Below are positions 46,839 to 55,601 of a stretch of 64,000 nucleotides of DNA, piece by piece. Position numbers and translations under genes: made by a program. This DNA is from an uncultured Bacteroidales bacterium (GTDB taxonomy: Bacteria > Bacteroidota > Bacteroidia > Bacteroidales > BM520). Location: contig CAYYSU010000005.1 in NCBI GenBank assembly GCA_964474455.1, positions 13,390 through 77,389 of the forward strand. The letters are read 5' to 3'. A model generated the notes under the pieces. The model saw only the letters and a program-made list of their open reading frames with translations. It made no database searches and was not told the origin of the DNA. Each line of letters starts with the position of its first letter. Within the stretch, counting starts at the first letter, position 1.

Positions 46839-47089
46839 TTAATAAACAAATCAGATATATCAATATTCTTTTCGTAATGATGAAATACATCCTCCATCTC
46901 AACGCGTTGTATCTTATCGATGGTGTTTGAGTTTTGACGATACCATACCTCAACCCAAAAACCACTGACATCATACAGCTTGATAAGATAATATACAAAG
47001 ATGCGTGAACTTACTTCCACTCCTTCATCAAAGATAATCGCCAGACGATCTACATTATCAGCAAGATCAAAGTCATTTTTATTCACCAT
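46835..47089 (-). CDS. Small hypothetical protein (84 aa), translationally coupled to queA
   Basis: ATG-started ORF whose TGA overlaps the queA ATG (ATGA, 46835..46838). No recognised motif. Confidence 0.45.
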   Translation of the reverse strand: MVNKNDFDLADNVDRLAIIFDEGVEVSSRIFVYYLIKLYDVSGFWVEVWYRQNSNTIDKIQRVEMEDVFHHYEKNIDISDLFIK

Positions 47090-47187
47090 AAAGCGTGCAA
47101 AATTAATATATACGGTTATCTAAACAATTATTGGCGGTTCATGTTTGCATAAAAGTGTATTTTTGCACTATACCGATTTTCAAAATA

Positions 47188-47871
47188 ATGAAAAAACATG
47201 TTCCCAACTTCCTGACATTAATGAACCTTTTGTCAGGAGTGACAGCCATAATTTTTCTTGCCTCGGGAAATATTATATGGGCTTCATATATGGTAATTAT
47301 CGCTCTGGTCTTCGATCTCTTTGATGGAACTTCAGCTCGTTTACTAAAGGTGTCATCACCCGTGGGAATAGAGCTTGATTCGCTTGCTGACCTGGTGTCG
47401 TTTGGTGTTGTGCCGGGATTAATGGTATATGCAATTATCAATGAAGGACTCTCGTTTCCGGTGAATAACTATTTCGCTTTAAGCGGTTTTTTGATCCCGT
47501 TTTTTGCCACGGTCCGCCTGGCGAAGTTTAATCTGAGTTTCCATAGCCAGAAGGATTTTTTCTCCGGTATTCCCGTTCCTTTAGCCGCATGTTTTTTTGT
47601 CTCAATACCATTAATAGTAAATGAATATGGACTACTGTGGCTTTATAATGATATCTTTCTTGCTTCGGCAGCTATTGTTTTTGGGCTGCTTATGGTAAGC
47701 AAAGTGCCTGTGGTATCACTGAAATTCCCGAATTTCTCTTTTAAGGATAACAGGCTTCGTTATTTTTTATTCGTTTCAGCTGTTGTGGCAGGTTTGTTTA
47801 TACATTTTGCCGCTGTTCCCGTCATCGTACTGCTAACACTTTTTTGTTCTTTTTTTGTAATAAACAGATAA
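47188..47871 (+). CDS. pssA: CDP-diacylglycerol--serine O-phosphatidyltransferase
   Basis: CDP-alcohol phosphotransferase motif DLFDGTSARLLKVSSPVGIELDSLADLVSFG. N-terminal PNFLTLMNLLSG. Start set at the ATG at 47188. Confidence 0.85.
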   Translation: MKKHVPNFLTLMNLLSGVTAIIFLASGNIIWASYMVIIALVFDLFDGTSARLLKVSSPVGIELDSLADLVSFGVVPGLMVYAIINEGLSFPVNNYFALSGFLIPFFATVRLAKFNLSFHSQKDFFSGIPVPLAACFFVSIPLIVNEYGLLWLYNDIFLASAAIVFGLLMVSKVPVVSLKFPNFSFKDNRLRYFLFVSAVVAGLFIHFAAVPVIVLLTLFCSFFVINR

Positions 47872-47943
47872 CAATAGAATCCGGACAACGTTAATATATT
47901 TGTGATGTCTATAGTCTGAATGAATCACTTGAAAAAGATGCAT

Positions 47944-47951
47944 TATATTTG
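47944..47951 (+). promoter_or_regulatory. Candidate -7 promoter box (TATATTTG) for the efflux operon
   Basis: Exact TAnnTTTG match 35 nt upstream of the ATG at 47986. A second TATATTTG lies about 40 nt further upstream. Confidence 0.4.
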
Positions 47952-47985
47952 TAAACCTAAAACTCCATAAGATAAATTTTCTAAC

Positions 47986-49218
47986 ATGAAGAATCGCTAT
48001 TATTTGCTTATCGCCCTGGGTGTTATTATTGTATTAATAATATGGCTCTCGGGAGGCACTGGAAAGTCTGATGTGGTTGATATTAAGGTCGCTGTTGAAC
48101 GTGGTGATTTTTCCATTGATGTTACAACAACGGGAGAGCTGGAAGCACGAAGCTCAGAGAAAATATATGGTCCTTCCGGTGTCAGGGATTTTCGTATCTG
48201 GAACCTCAAGATCGAAGATATTATCCCCGATGGAACAGTTGTCGATAGTGGCCAGTATATTGCACGCCTCGATCGCTCCGAACTGGGAAACAGAGTCAAG
48301 GACGAACAGAATGAGTTGGAAAAACTGGAATCGCAGTATATAAAAACCAAACTTGACACCTCCATGACGCTGCGTGCCGCTCGTGATGAACTTATTAACC
48401 TGGAGTTTGCCCTTGAAGAGAGAAAGATTAAACTGCAACAATCCATCTACGAACCTCCGGCCACCATACGTCAATATGAGATAGAACTTGATAAGGGTGA
48501 ACGTGCTTACCAACAGGCTAAAAAGAATTATCTGCTTAAAAAGCAAAAAGCCGAAGCAGAGATGCAGGAGGTCTCGGCATCATTAAATCAAAGTAAAAGA
48601 AAATATGATCAAATGATGACCTTAATGGAAGAGTTTACTATCATAGCTCCCAAGGCTGGAATGGTGATTTATAAGCGTGACTGGGACGGAAGCAAATTGG
48701 GTGTCGGAGCTTCTGTTGGCTCCTGGGATCCGGTTGTTGCTGAGCTCCCCGATCTGACGAAAATGATATCTAAAACTTACGTTAATGAAATTGATATCAG
48801 TAAAATTAAGGCCGGCCAAAAGGTGGAAGTAGGCGTTGATGCTTTTCCCGAAAAGCAGTTTACCGGTGAAGTAACTGAAGTGGCTAACATTGGTGAACAG
48901 ATGAAAAACTCCAATACAAAGGTTTTTGAGGTGAAGGTTATTGTAAATGAATTTGACTCTATCCTCAGACCGGCCATGACAACAAAGAATATTATTAATA
49001 CAGACCTTATGGAAGATGTACTTTTTCTGCCTCTGGAAGCAATTCATAGTAATGACTCTGTTACATTTGTTTACCGTACCAACAGCACCCGTCAGCAGAT
49101 AATTGTAGGAAAAAGCAATGAAAACGAGGTGATTGTCTTGGAAGGATTGAAAGAGGGTGATGAGGTGCTACTATCCATCCCTGAAGATAGGGATAAGTAC
49201 AAATTGATAACATTATAA
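47986..49218 (+). CDS. Periplasmic adaptor (HlyD/MacA-type membrane fusion protein)
   Basis: N-terminal TM anchor, long coiled-coil hairpin (NELEKLESQYIKTK...ELINLEFALEERKIKL), beta-barrel/lipoyl-like segments. Confidence 0.8.
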   Translation: MKNRYYLLIALGVIIVLIIWLSGGTGKSDVVDIKVAVERGDFSIDVTTTGELEARSSEKIYGPSGVRDFRIWNLKIEDIIPDGTVVDSGQYIARLDRSELGNRVKDEQNELEKLESQYIKTKLDTSMTLRAARDELINLEFALEERKIKLQQSIYEPPATIRQYEIELDKGERAYQQAKKNYLLKKQKAEAEMQEVSASLNQSKRKYDQMMTLMEEFTIIAPKAGMVIYKRDWDGSKLGVGASVGSWDPVVAELPDLTKMISKTYVNEIDISKIKAGQKVEVGVDAFPEKQFTGEVTEVANIGEQMKNSNTKVFEVKVIVNEFDSILRPAMTTKNIINTDLMEDVLFLPLEAIHSNDSVTFVYRTNSTRQQIIVGKSNENEVIVLEGLKEGDEVLLSIPEDRDKYKLITL

Positions 49219-49224
49219 CCAGCC

Positions 49225-50589
49225 ATGAATTATCAACGTTATTTATATAACCTGAACATGGCTATGGAAGCTGTTATGGCCAACAAGTTCCGTTCGATAC
49301 TCACCGCTCTGGGGATTATCTTCGGGGTAGCGGCGGTGATAGCGATGCTGGCAATAGGTAACGGCGCCCAAAAGGAGATCCTTGATCAAATGAAGCTTGT
49401 GGGGGTTAACAATATTGTTATACAACCTGTGGATGCCGATGCAATGGAGGATAGTGATAGCCAGGATGGGGGAAAATCAATAAGTAAAAAATACTCCCCG
49501 GGACTTACTCTTAAAGATGCGCAGAGTATAAAAGCTATAATACCTACGGTGGAAACGGTAAGCCCGGAGGTGATTTATGAAACATTTATTATTAAAGATG
49601 GAAAACGAAGCCCCGCCAAACTTAATGGTGTAACACCGGAGTTTTTTAAGGTCTTTAACCTGAAAGTGGAACGGGGTAACATGTTTGACTCTTCGCAACT
49701 GGAGGAGGGTAAAGCTGTATGTATTATCGGGCCATCACTAAAATTTAAATTTTTCTCCAATGAAGATCCCATTGGAAAGTATATAAAATGTGGTAATATC
49801 TGGCTTAAAGTTATAGGAGTGCTGGAAAGGGTTCAGGTCGGTGGATCATCATCAGAAGATATGGGTATATCCAATTATAACGAGAATATTTATGCACCCA
49901 TACAGACTGTACTCTTACGTTATAACGACAGATCCATGATCTCAGGAGCATTATTGCATGGAGGCGGAAGCTCTACTGTTTCTGTAGGTGGGGGGATGAG
50001 TGTTTTTCGCAGTAGCAGTGGTGGTGCTGCCGTGAGCGACAACCAGCTCAACAGAATTGTTGTTCAGGTGAAGGTGAGCTCCCAGCTCACAGAAACATCG
50101 TCGATTCTTAAGCGTATGATTGGTCGCCGCCACATGGGCAAAGAGGATTTTGAAGTGAAAGTGCCCGAATTGCTCCTAAAACAGGAACAAAGAACAAAGG
50201 ATATCTTTAATATAGTTCTTGGCGCTATCGCCAGCATCTCGCTGATTGTTGGTGGTATCGGGATCATGAATATCATGCTTGCAACGGTGATGGAACGTAT
50301 AAAGGAAATCGGTACACGTCGCGCTATTGGCGCTACGAAAAAGGATATTGTATTCCAATTTCTTGCTGAAGCTACCATTATATCCATAACAGGAGGACTT
50401 ATCGGTATAGCTATGGGTATTGCTCTGGCAAGAGTTATTATGGAGGTCACAGATATCTTAACAATAGTCTCCTGGTCGTCAATACTTATATCCTTCGGTG
50501 TTTCCGCAACAGTAGGTATTGTGTTTGGATATATGCCTGCACGCAAGGCCGCCACTCAGGATCCAGTAGAATCACTGCGTCACGATTAA
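49225..50589 (+). CDS. MacB/FtsX-type ABC transporter permease (no fused ATPase domain)
   Basis: Begins directly with TM1 (FRSILTALGIIFGVAAVIAMLAIG). A large periplasmic domain follows, then the C-terminal FtsX helices with the RIKEIGTRRAIGATKKDI motif. Confidence 0.85.
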   Translation: MNYQRYLYNLNMAMEAVMANKFRSILTALGIIFGVAAVIAMLAIGNGAQKEILDQMKLVGVNNIVIQPVDADAMEDSDSQDGGKSISKKYSPGLTLKDAQSIKAIIPTVETVSPEVIYETFIIKDGKRSPAKLNGVTPEFFKVFNLKVERGNMFDSSQLEEGKAVCIIGPSLKFKFFSNEDPIGKYIKCGNIWLKVIGVLERVQVGGSSSEDMGISNYNENIYAPIQTVLLRYNDRSMISGALLHGGGSSTVSVGGGMSVFRSSSGGAAVSDNQLNRIVVQVKVSSQLTETSSILKRMIGRRHMGKEDFEVKVPELLLKQEQRTKDIFNIVLGAIASISLIVGGIGIMNIMLATVMERIKEIGTRRAIGATKKDIVFQFLAEATIISITGGLIGIAMGIALARVIMEVTDILTIVSWSSILISFGVSATVGIVFGYMPARKAATQDPVESLRHD

Positions 50590-50601
50590 TATTTTTTGAT
50601 A

Positions 50602-52080
50602 ATGAAAAGACTTATAACATATTATGTTTTACTGTGTATCTCAGCCTCTGTTCCTGCTTTGGCACAGAACGAAAACACTACTTTTCTAAAACTTGAAGAT
50701 GTGGTAATGATAGCTCAGCAGCGATCACCGGAAGCACTCATAGCAACGCATCGTTATCGCTCCAGCTACTGGCAGTACAGATATTTCAAGGCGGATTATA
50801 AACCGCAACTGGATCTTTCCGGTGCACCCGTATCTTTCACAAATGCTTATACTTATGTGCAAACTCAGGGCGGTGGTGTGTTTGCTCCATATTTTCAGAT
50901 GTCCTCTAACCTGGGATTGTCGCTAAAGCAGAAAATTGGATTAACCGGTGGTGATATCTCCCTCTCCAGCTCGCTCAGATCACTGATATTTTTTGATGAT
51001 GGAGAGATGGAATTTATCTCCAATCCCATTGGCATAACTCTTAATCAGCCATTGTTTGGTTATAATAGCTTTAAGTGGGAGCGTAAAGTAGAGCCTATGA
51101 TGTTCAATGAGGCTCGACAGAATTATCTCGAAAATATGGAAAATGTAGCTATCAGTGCTACAAATTATTTCTTTTACCTTTTGCTGGCGCAGATAAATGT
51201 GAAAATTCAGGAAACCAACCTGGCAAATAATGACACTTTGTATCAAATTGCCCGCGGACGCTTTAATATGGGCACTATCGCCGAGAATGAGGTTCTTAAC
51301 ATGGAACTCAATTATCTTAACTCCAAGTCACAGCTGGAAGAGGCAAAACTTAATATGCAAATGAGAATGTTCGACCTGAGATCATATCTGCGCATACAGG
51401 ATGATACTGAGATAGTGTTGGTGCCTCCAACGGAGACTCCGGAACTTATTGTTAATGTAAATGAAGCGATACAGTATGCTACTGCCCATCGTGCTGATGC
51501 GATTTCGTTTGAACGACGGCGACTGGAGGCCAATGCAGTTGTGGATAAGGCAAAAAAAGATGCCAGATTCAGTGCCAACCTCTCTGTGACCTATGGTCTT
51601 AATAACCAGGCTCCTGTACTCCAGGATGTATATACTAACCCACGCGATCAACAATCCGTTTATCTGGGGATTCAAATCCCGATTCTGGATTGGGGCAGAG
51701 CACGTGGAAAAATCAATATGGCTGAATCGCAACAGGAACTGGTGAGAACTTCCATAGAACAGGAGAAGGTAGATTTTGATCAGGAGGTGTTTCTAAAAGT
51801 GATGCAGTTTAATATGCAAAATAATCAACTTACCATTGCTGCAAAAAGTGATACAGTGGCAGAACGCCGCTACGATTTTACAAAACAGCGTTACCTTATC
51901 GGAACCATCGATATTACAGAGCTTAACAGCTCAATGACCGACAAAGACTCCCGAAAGAAAGGTTATATCTCAGCGCTGCATAGCTACTGGCTTAATTTCT
52001 ATGAGATCAGGAAACTTACCCTTTACGATTTTATGAAAAATCAACCTATAGAGGCCGATTTCGATATGTTACTTAACTAA
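50602..52080 (+). CDS. TolC-family outer membrane efflux protein
   Basis: Signal peptide (VPALAQNE). Two-fold repeated coiled-coil/beta structure, about 490 aa. ATG at 50602 (the ORF track starts at the TTG at 50596). Confidence 0.8.
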   Translation: MKRLITYYVLLCISASVPALAQNENTTFLKLEDVVMIAQQRSPEALIATHRYRSSYWQYRYFKADYKPQLDLSGAPVSFTNAYTYVQTQGGGVFAPYFQMSSNLGLSLKQKIGLTGGDISLSSSLRSLIFFDDGEMEFISNPIGITLNQPLFGYNSFKWERKVEPMMFNEARQNYLENMENVAISATNYFFYLLLAQINVKIQETNLANNDTLYQIARGRFNMGTIAENEVLNMELNYLNSKSQLEEAKLNMQMRMFDLRSYLRIQDDTEIVLVPPTETPELIVNVNEAIQYATAHRADAISFERRRLEANAVVDKAKKDARFSANLSVTYGLNNQAPVLQDVYTNPRDQQSVYLGIQIPILDWGRARGKINMAESQQELVRTSIEQEKVDFDQEVFLKVMQFNMQNNQLTIAAKSDTVAERRYDFTKQRYLIGTIDITELNSSMTDKDSRKKGYISALHSYWLNFYEIRKLTLYDFMKNQPIEADFDMLLN

Positions 52081-52082
52081 TG

Positions 52083-52096
52083 TATAATTAATTATA
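52083..52096. promoter_or_regulatory. Perfect 14-bp palindrome TATAATTAATTATA upstream of the peroxiredoxin gene
   Basis: Self-complementary over all 14 nt. Followed by a second palindrome TTGAAT-N8-ATTCAA (52098..52117). AT-rich, so chance occurrence is possible. Confidence 0.25.
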
Positions 52097-52203
52097 TTTG
52101 AATGATATATAATTCAAGGTATATGTTAGTAAACAATTTATCATTCAGAGTGTTGAGTTTTTTTAGTGTATGATGTAATTAAAATTTAATTAGAGATCAA
52201 AAT

Positions 52204-52839
52204 ATGGCTGTTTTAACAGGAAAAAAGGCTCCATTATTCGAAGCCGACGCCGTTATCAACGGTGGTGAATTTGTAGAGAAATTTTCTCTACACCAGTATC
52301 TGGGAAAAAAATACGTGGTGTTCTTTTTCTACCCTCTGGATTTTACTTTTGTTTGTCCAACAGAAATTCTGGCATTCCAGGAAAAACTGGCAGAGTTCGA
52401 AGCAAGGAATTGTGCTGTTGTAGGCTGTTCTGTAGATTCTAAATTCTCGCATTGGGCGTGGCTCAATACTGAGCTTAAAGATGGTGGAATAAAGGGCGTT
52501 AAGTTTCCGCTGGTTTCCGACCTTTCAAAGGTGATAGCGCAGAACTTTGATGTGCTTGCCGGAGAATATGTTTACAACTCAGAAGATGATGAGATCGATT
52601 TCGACGGAGAAGCAGTGGCTTACCGTGGTTTATTCCTTATCGATAAACAGGGAGTGGTAAGGCATCAGATTGTTAACGACCTTCCATTGGGCCGCAGCGT
52701 TGATGAAGCATTGCGTATGGTTGACGCCCTTCAGTGTTATGAGGAGAATGGTGAAGTTTGCCCAGCAAACTGGCAGCCCGGTGATGAGACTATACAAGAG
52801 ACTCACGAAAGCATTTCGGGTTATTTAGGTAAGAAATAG
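52204..52839 (+). CDS. Typical 2-Cys peroxiredoxin (AhpC/TSA family)
   Basis: Peroxidatic Cys motif DFTFVCPTE, resolving Cys in GEVCPANW. 211 aa. Confidence 0.92.
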   Translation: MAVLTGKKAPLFEADAVINGGEFVEKFSLHQYLGKKYVVFFFYPLDFTFVCPTEILAFQEKLAEFEARNCAVVGCSVDSKFSHWAWLNTELKDGGIKGVKFPLVSDLSKVIAQNFDVLAGEYVYNSEDDEIDFDGEAVAYRGLFLIDKQGVVRHQIVNDLPLGRSVDEALRMVDALQCYEENGEVCPANWQPGDETIQETHESISGYLGKK

Positions 52840-52844
52840 ATACG

Positions 52845-52868
52845 GTGCCCTTGGTTACTCTCGGGCAC
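52845..52868. terminator. Weak hairpin between convergent peroxiredoxin and mazG genes
   Basis: GTGCCC / GGGCAC 6-bp stem with a 12-nt loop and no clear U-tract. Confidence 0.3.
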
Positions 52869-53663
52869 TTACGATGGATCTGTCTGCTTCGACTCCTGCC
52901 AGATAGCTTCCATCTCGGTGAGTGTCATCTCGTGTAACACCCTGCCTTGCTCACGCGCTTTGTCTTCGAGGTACGTGAAACGACGGATGAACTTTTTGTT
53001 GGTGTGCTCCAATGCATCATCCGGGTTGATGTAAAGGAAGCGAGCATAGTTTACAAGAGCAAAAAGAAGATCACCGAACTCCGCTTCAACTTTTTTTGGG
53101 TCAGAACCATTGGCAAGCTCATGCTGGAGCTCCATCTTCTCTTCCTCAACCTTATCCCACACCTGACCGATATTATCCCAGTCGAAACCAACACCGCTGG
53201 CTTTCTCCTGCATGCGATATGCCTTAACCATCGCCGGCATTGACTTAGGGACGCCTGACAAAACAGATTTACGACCCTCTGTCATCTTGATTTTTTCCCA
53301 ATTTTCGCTGACAGTTTTTTCATCATTAGCTACCACATCACTAAAGATATGAGGATGGCGGCGGATAAGTTTTTCATTGATGCCTTCCAGCACATCTGCT
53401 ATGTCAAAAGCACTTTTCTCCTCTCCTATCTTAGAATAAAAGACCAAGTGAAGCATAATATCTCCAAGCTCCTTTTTTATCTCTTGCAGATCACCTTCCA
53501 GGATAGCGTCAGAAAGCTCATATGTTTCCTCTATTGTAAGGTATCGCAAACTCTCCAATGTCTGTTTCTTATCCCATGGACACTTTGCCCTGAGCTCGTC
53601 CATAATATCCAGCAATGCTTTAAAAGCCTCAATTCTTCTGTCCATTTTGTAAATTTTCAGCAA
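52869..53663 (-). CDS. mazG: Nucleoside triphosphate pyrophosphohydrolase MazG (tandem MazG domains)
   Basis: LRAKCPWDKKQTLESLRYLTIEETYEL...ELGDIMLHLVF, then a second domain EEKMELQHE...EFGDLLFALVNYAR. The true start may be the internal ATG at 53645. Confidence 0.9.
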   Translation of the reverse strand: MLKIYKMDRRIEAFKALLDIMDELRAKCPWDKKQTLESLRYLTIEETYELSDAILEGDLQEIKKELGDIMLHLVFYSKIGEEKSAFDIADVLEGINEKLIRRHPHIFSDVVANDEKTVSENWEKIKMTEGRKSVLSGVPKSMPAMVKAYRMQEKASGVGFDWDNIGQVWDKVEEEKMELQHELANGSDPKKVEAEFGDLLFALVNYARFLYINPDDALEHTNKKFIRRFTYLEDKAREQGRVLHEMTLTEMEAIWQESKQTDPS

Positions 53664-53727
53664 AGATAAGCATTAGCGAACTCTTTATTCCTATTTTTGC
53701 TCATAATAACAACCCCGGAACAGAATT

Positions 53728-54858
53728 GTGAATAAACTTAAGAATAGTATTTGTATAATAATCCTGATGTCTATTTCGGTGTGTTTTTCTTATGGCTATT
53801 CCCAGTCGGGGTGGTTGGAGAAAATTCCTGACAATTACTATCTTGAGGTTCGTACCGGATATGGCTTTATTGTTCCGCATCATCTGGAGCTGTATGAACT
53901 GCAAACCCATTTTATGAGCACCGAAGTATCGTTGGGGTATCTCTCTTTTGGAAAACAGAAATGGGAGTACGTATATGATTTCCCCCGGGTGGGTATCTCT
54001 TTTTGGTATTCCGATTTTAACAACTCTAATATAATAGGTAAGGCCTATGCCTTGCATCCTTATATCTGCTTCCCTTGGTATGGAACTCCGAATTCACGAT
54101 TGGTATTTCGCCTCGGCGTTGGTGTCGGTTATCTTACAAAACCATATCACCCTATAATGAATTATAAAAATATTGCTATTGGATCCCATATTAATGCTGC
54201 TATCAATCTAAAACTTGAATACCACCATAAAGTTAATGAAAGACTTATCGTGAATGGGGGGGTTGATTTCCAGCATTTTAGCAACGGGTCTTTCAAAACT
54301 CCTAACTTTGGACTTAACAGTCCGTCGGTGAGTTTGGGGCTTATGTATCATCCATTACTGCCTAACCGTTTCAACAGGCAAAAAGTCTTGCCGGAGCTTT
54401 ATATGCATGAGTTCGACGGGAAGAAATTTGCATATACGGCGTTTACATATTATATGGGACTTAAAGATCAGTCGTTTTCCGACAAAGACCGTCTGTTGGC
54501 AACAGCTGTTAGTGCAGAGATTATGAAACCGATGAACTTTAAGCACAGTCTGGGTGTTGGTGTTGATGTTGCACACTATACGCCACTGGGAGGAAATCTT
54601 CAGGATAACCATGTCACCAAATACGGAATTTGTGGAGCATGGCACATGAAACTATGGGTTGTCTCTTTTGACTTTGCTGTTGGCGTAGAGCTTTTTAAAC
54701 CAAACGACATTCTTCTTGGTTCTATGTACGAGAAGGCTGCGTTTAAATATCATTTTGAAAATGGTATGTACAGTTATTTTGGCCTGAAGGCTCTTTACGG
54801 GCGTGCCGATTTTATTGCGTTTGGGATGGGATATGATTTAAAAATGATCTATTACTAA
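53728..54858 (+). CDS. Outer-membrane beta-barrel protein, acyloxyacyl hydrolase (PagL-like lipid A deacylase) family candidate
   Basis: A GTG start gives a plausible signal peptide (MNKLKNSICIIILMSISVCFS). GYGFIVPHH...KWEYVYDFPRVGISFWYSDFNN resembles Bacteroidota acyloxyacyl hydrolase-family proteins. Family assignment is from memory only. Confidence 0.5.
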   Translation: MNKLKNSICIIILMSISVCFSYGYSQSGWLEKIPDNYYLEVRTGYGFIVPHHLELYELQTHFMSTEVSLGYLSFGKQKWEYVYDFPRVGISFWYSDFNNSNIIGKAYALHPYICFPWYGTPNSRLVFRLGVGVGYLTKPYHPIMNYKNIAIGSHINAAINLKLEYHHKVNERLIVNGGVDFQHFSNGSFKTPNFGLNSPSVSLGLMYHPLLPNRFNRQKVLPELYMHEFDGKKFAYTAFTYYMGLKDQSFSDKDRLLATAVSAEIMKPMNFKHSLGVGVDVAHYTPLGGNLQDNHVTKYGICGAWHMKLWVVSFDFAVGVELFKPNDILLGSMYEKAAFKYHFENGMYSYFGLKALYGRADFIAFGMGYDLKMIYY

Positions 54859-55595
54859 TGATTAAATATCAGCACATAATAGTTTTTTTCATTGCTTTTC
54901 TCCTTACAGGATGTGAAAAGCCGCCCCAGGCTTTTAAACCTGCAGGAAGGATTGAAAAGCAGGTACGTTCTGTTATTCCCGAAGGAAAGATCTTCCTGAC
55001 CGATGATGTTGATTTGGTTTTTTGTGATTCTGTCCCTGTTGATGAGGTGTGGGTGGTGGCAGGAAAATATCTTCTCGACTGGGTTGTAGTAGAAAAACAA
55101 AATGACAGCTTATTTATTGGAAATGATAATAGTGCCAACTGGCTTCGTAGCTATAATAAACGCCCGATGGTAAAGGTTAATCCCTCAATGTACCATCACC
55201 TTGAATATGATGCTGCAGGACATGTTATATGCCAAAGCACTGTTATGGGAGATTTATTCACTGTTTATGTTAATGGGGGCGGAGGAACAATTAATTTGAA
55301 TGTAAACGTGTCGAAGTTAAATATTTCTAACAATGCAGGAACTGTTGATATTCATGTTGAAGGTTACTCTGCTCTCACCTATTTATATGGTTGTTCTCAT
55401 GGGCCTATATTCTGTAATGATTTAAAATCACTTCAGGTGTATATGACAAATAGTGGATTTAATGATATTCACAGCAGGGCTGAAAAAGTGTTTGTGGGTC
55501 GAATAAACAGTGGTGGTAACGTATATATATACGGCGATCCGGAGACGACTGATATAGCCTGCTCCGGATCGGGGCATTTTATTGAAGTTAAATAA
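54858..55595 (+). CDS. Lipoprotein with DUF2807/head-GIN-like beta-helix domain
   Basis: Lipobox FLLTGC. C-terminal repetitive strands: GGGGTINLNVNVSKLNISNNAGTVDIHVEG ... GGNVYIYGDPETTDIACSGSGHFIEV. The start overlaps the upstream stop (TAATG). Confidence 0.5.
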   Translation: MIKYQHIIVFFIAFLLTGCEKPPQAFKPAGRIEKQVRSVIPEGKIFLTDDVDLVFCDSVPVDEVWVVAGKYLLDWVVVEKQNDSLFIGNDNSANWLRSYNKRPMVKVNPSMYHHLEYDAAGHVICQSTVMGDLFTVYVNGGGGTINLNVNVSKLNISNNAGTVDIHVEGYSALTYLYGCSHGPIFCNDLKSLQVYMTNSGFNDIHSRAEKVFVGRINSGGNVYIYGDPETTDIACSGSGHFIEVK

Positions 55596-55601
55596 TAATC
55601 T

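Noticed and set aside
50064-50555. 163-aa ORF antisense to the MacB-type permease. A similar case is 60665..61162 (165 aa), antisense to the coiled-coil zinc-ribbon gene
   Set aside because: Both are nested antisense ORFs inside genes with biased composition (hydrophobic TM region; Glu/Lys coiled-coil) and give low-complexity translations.
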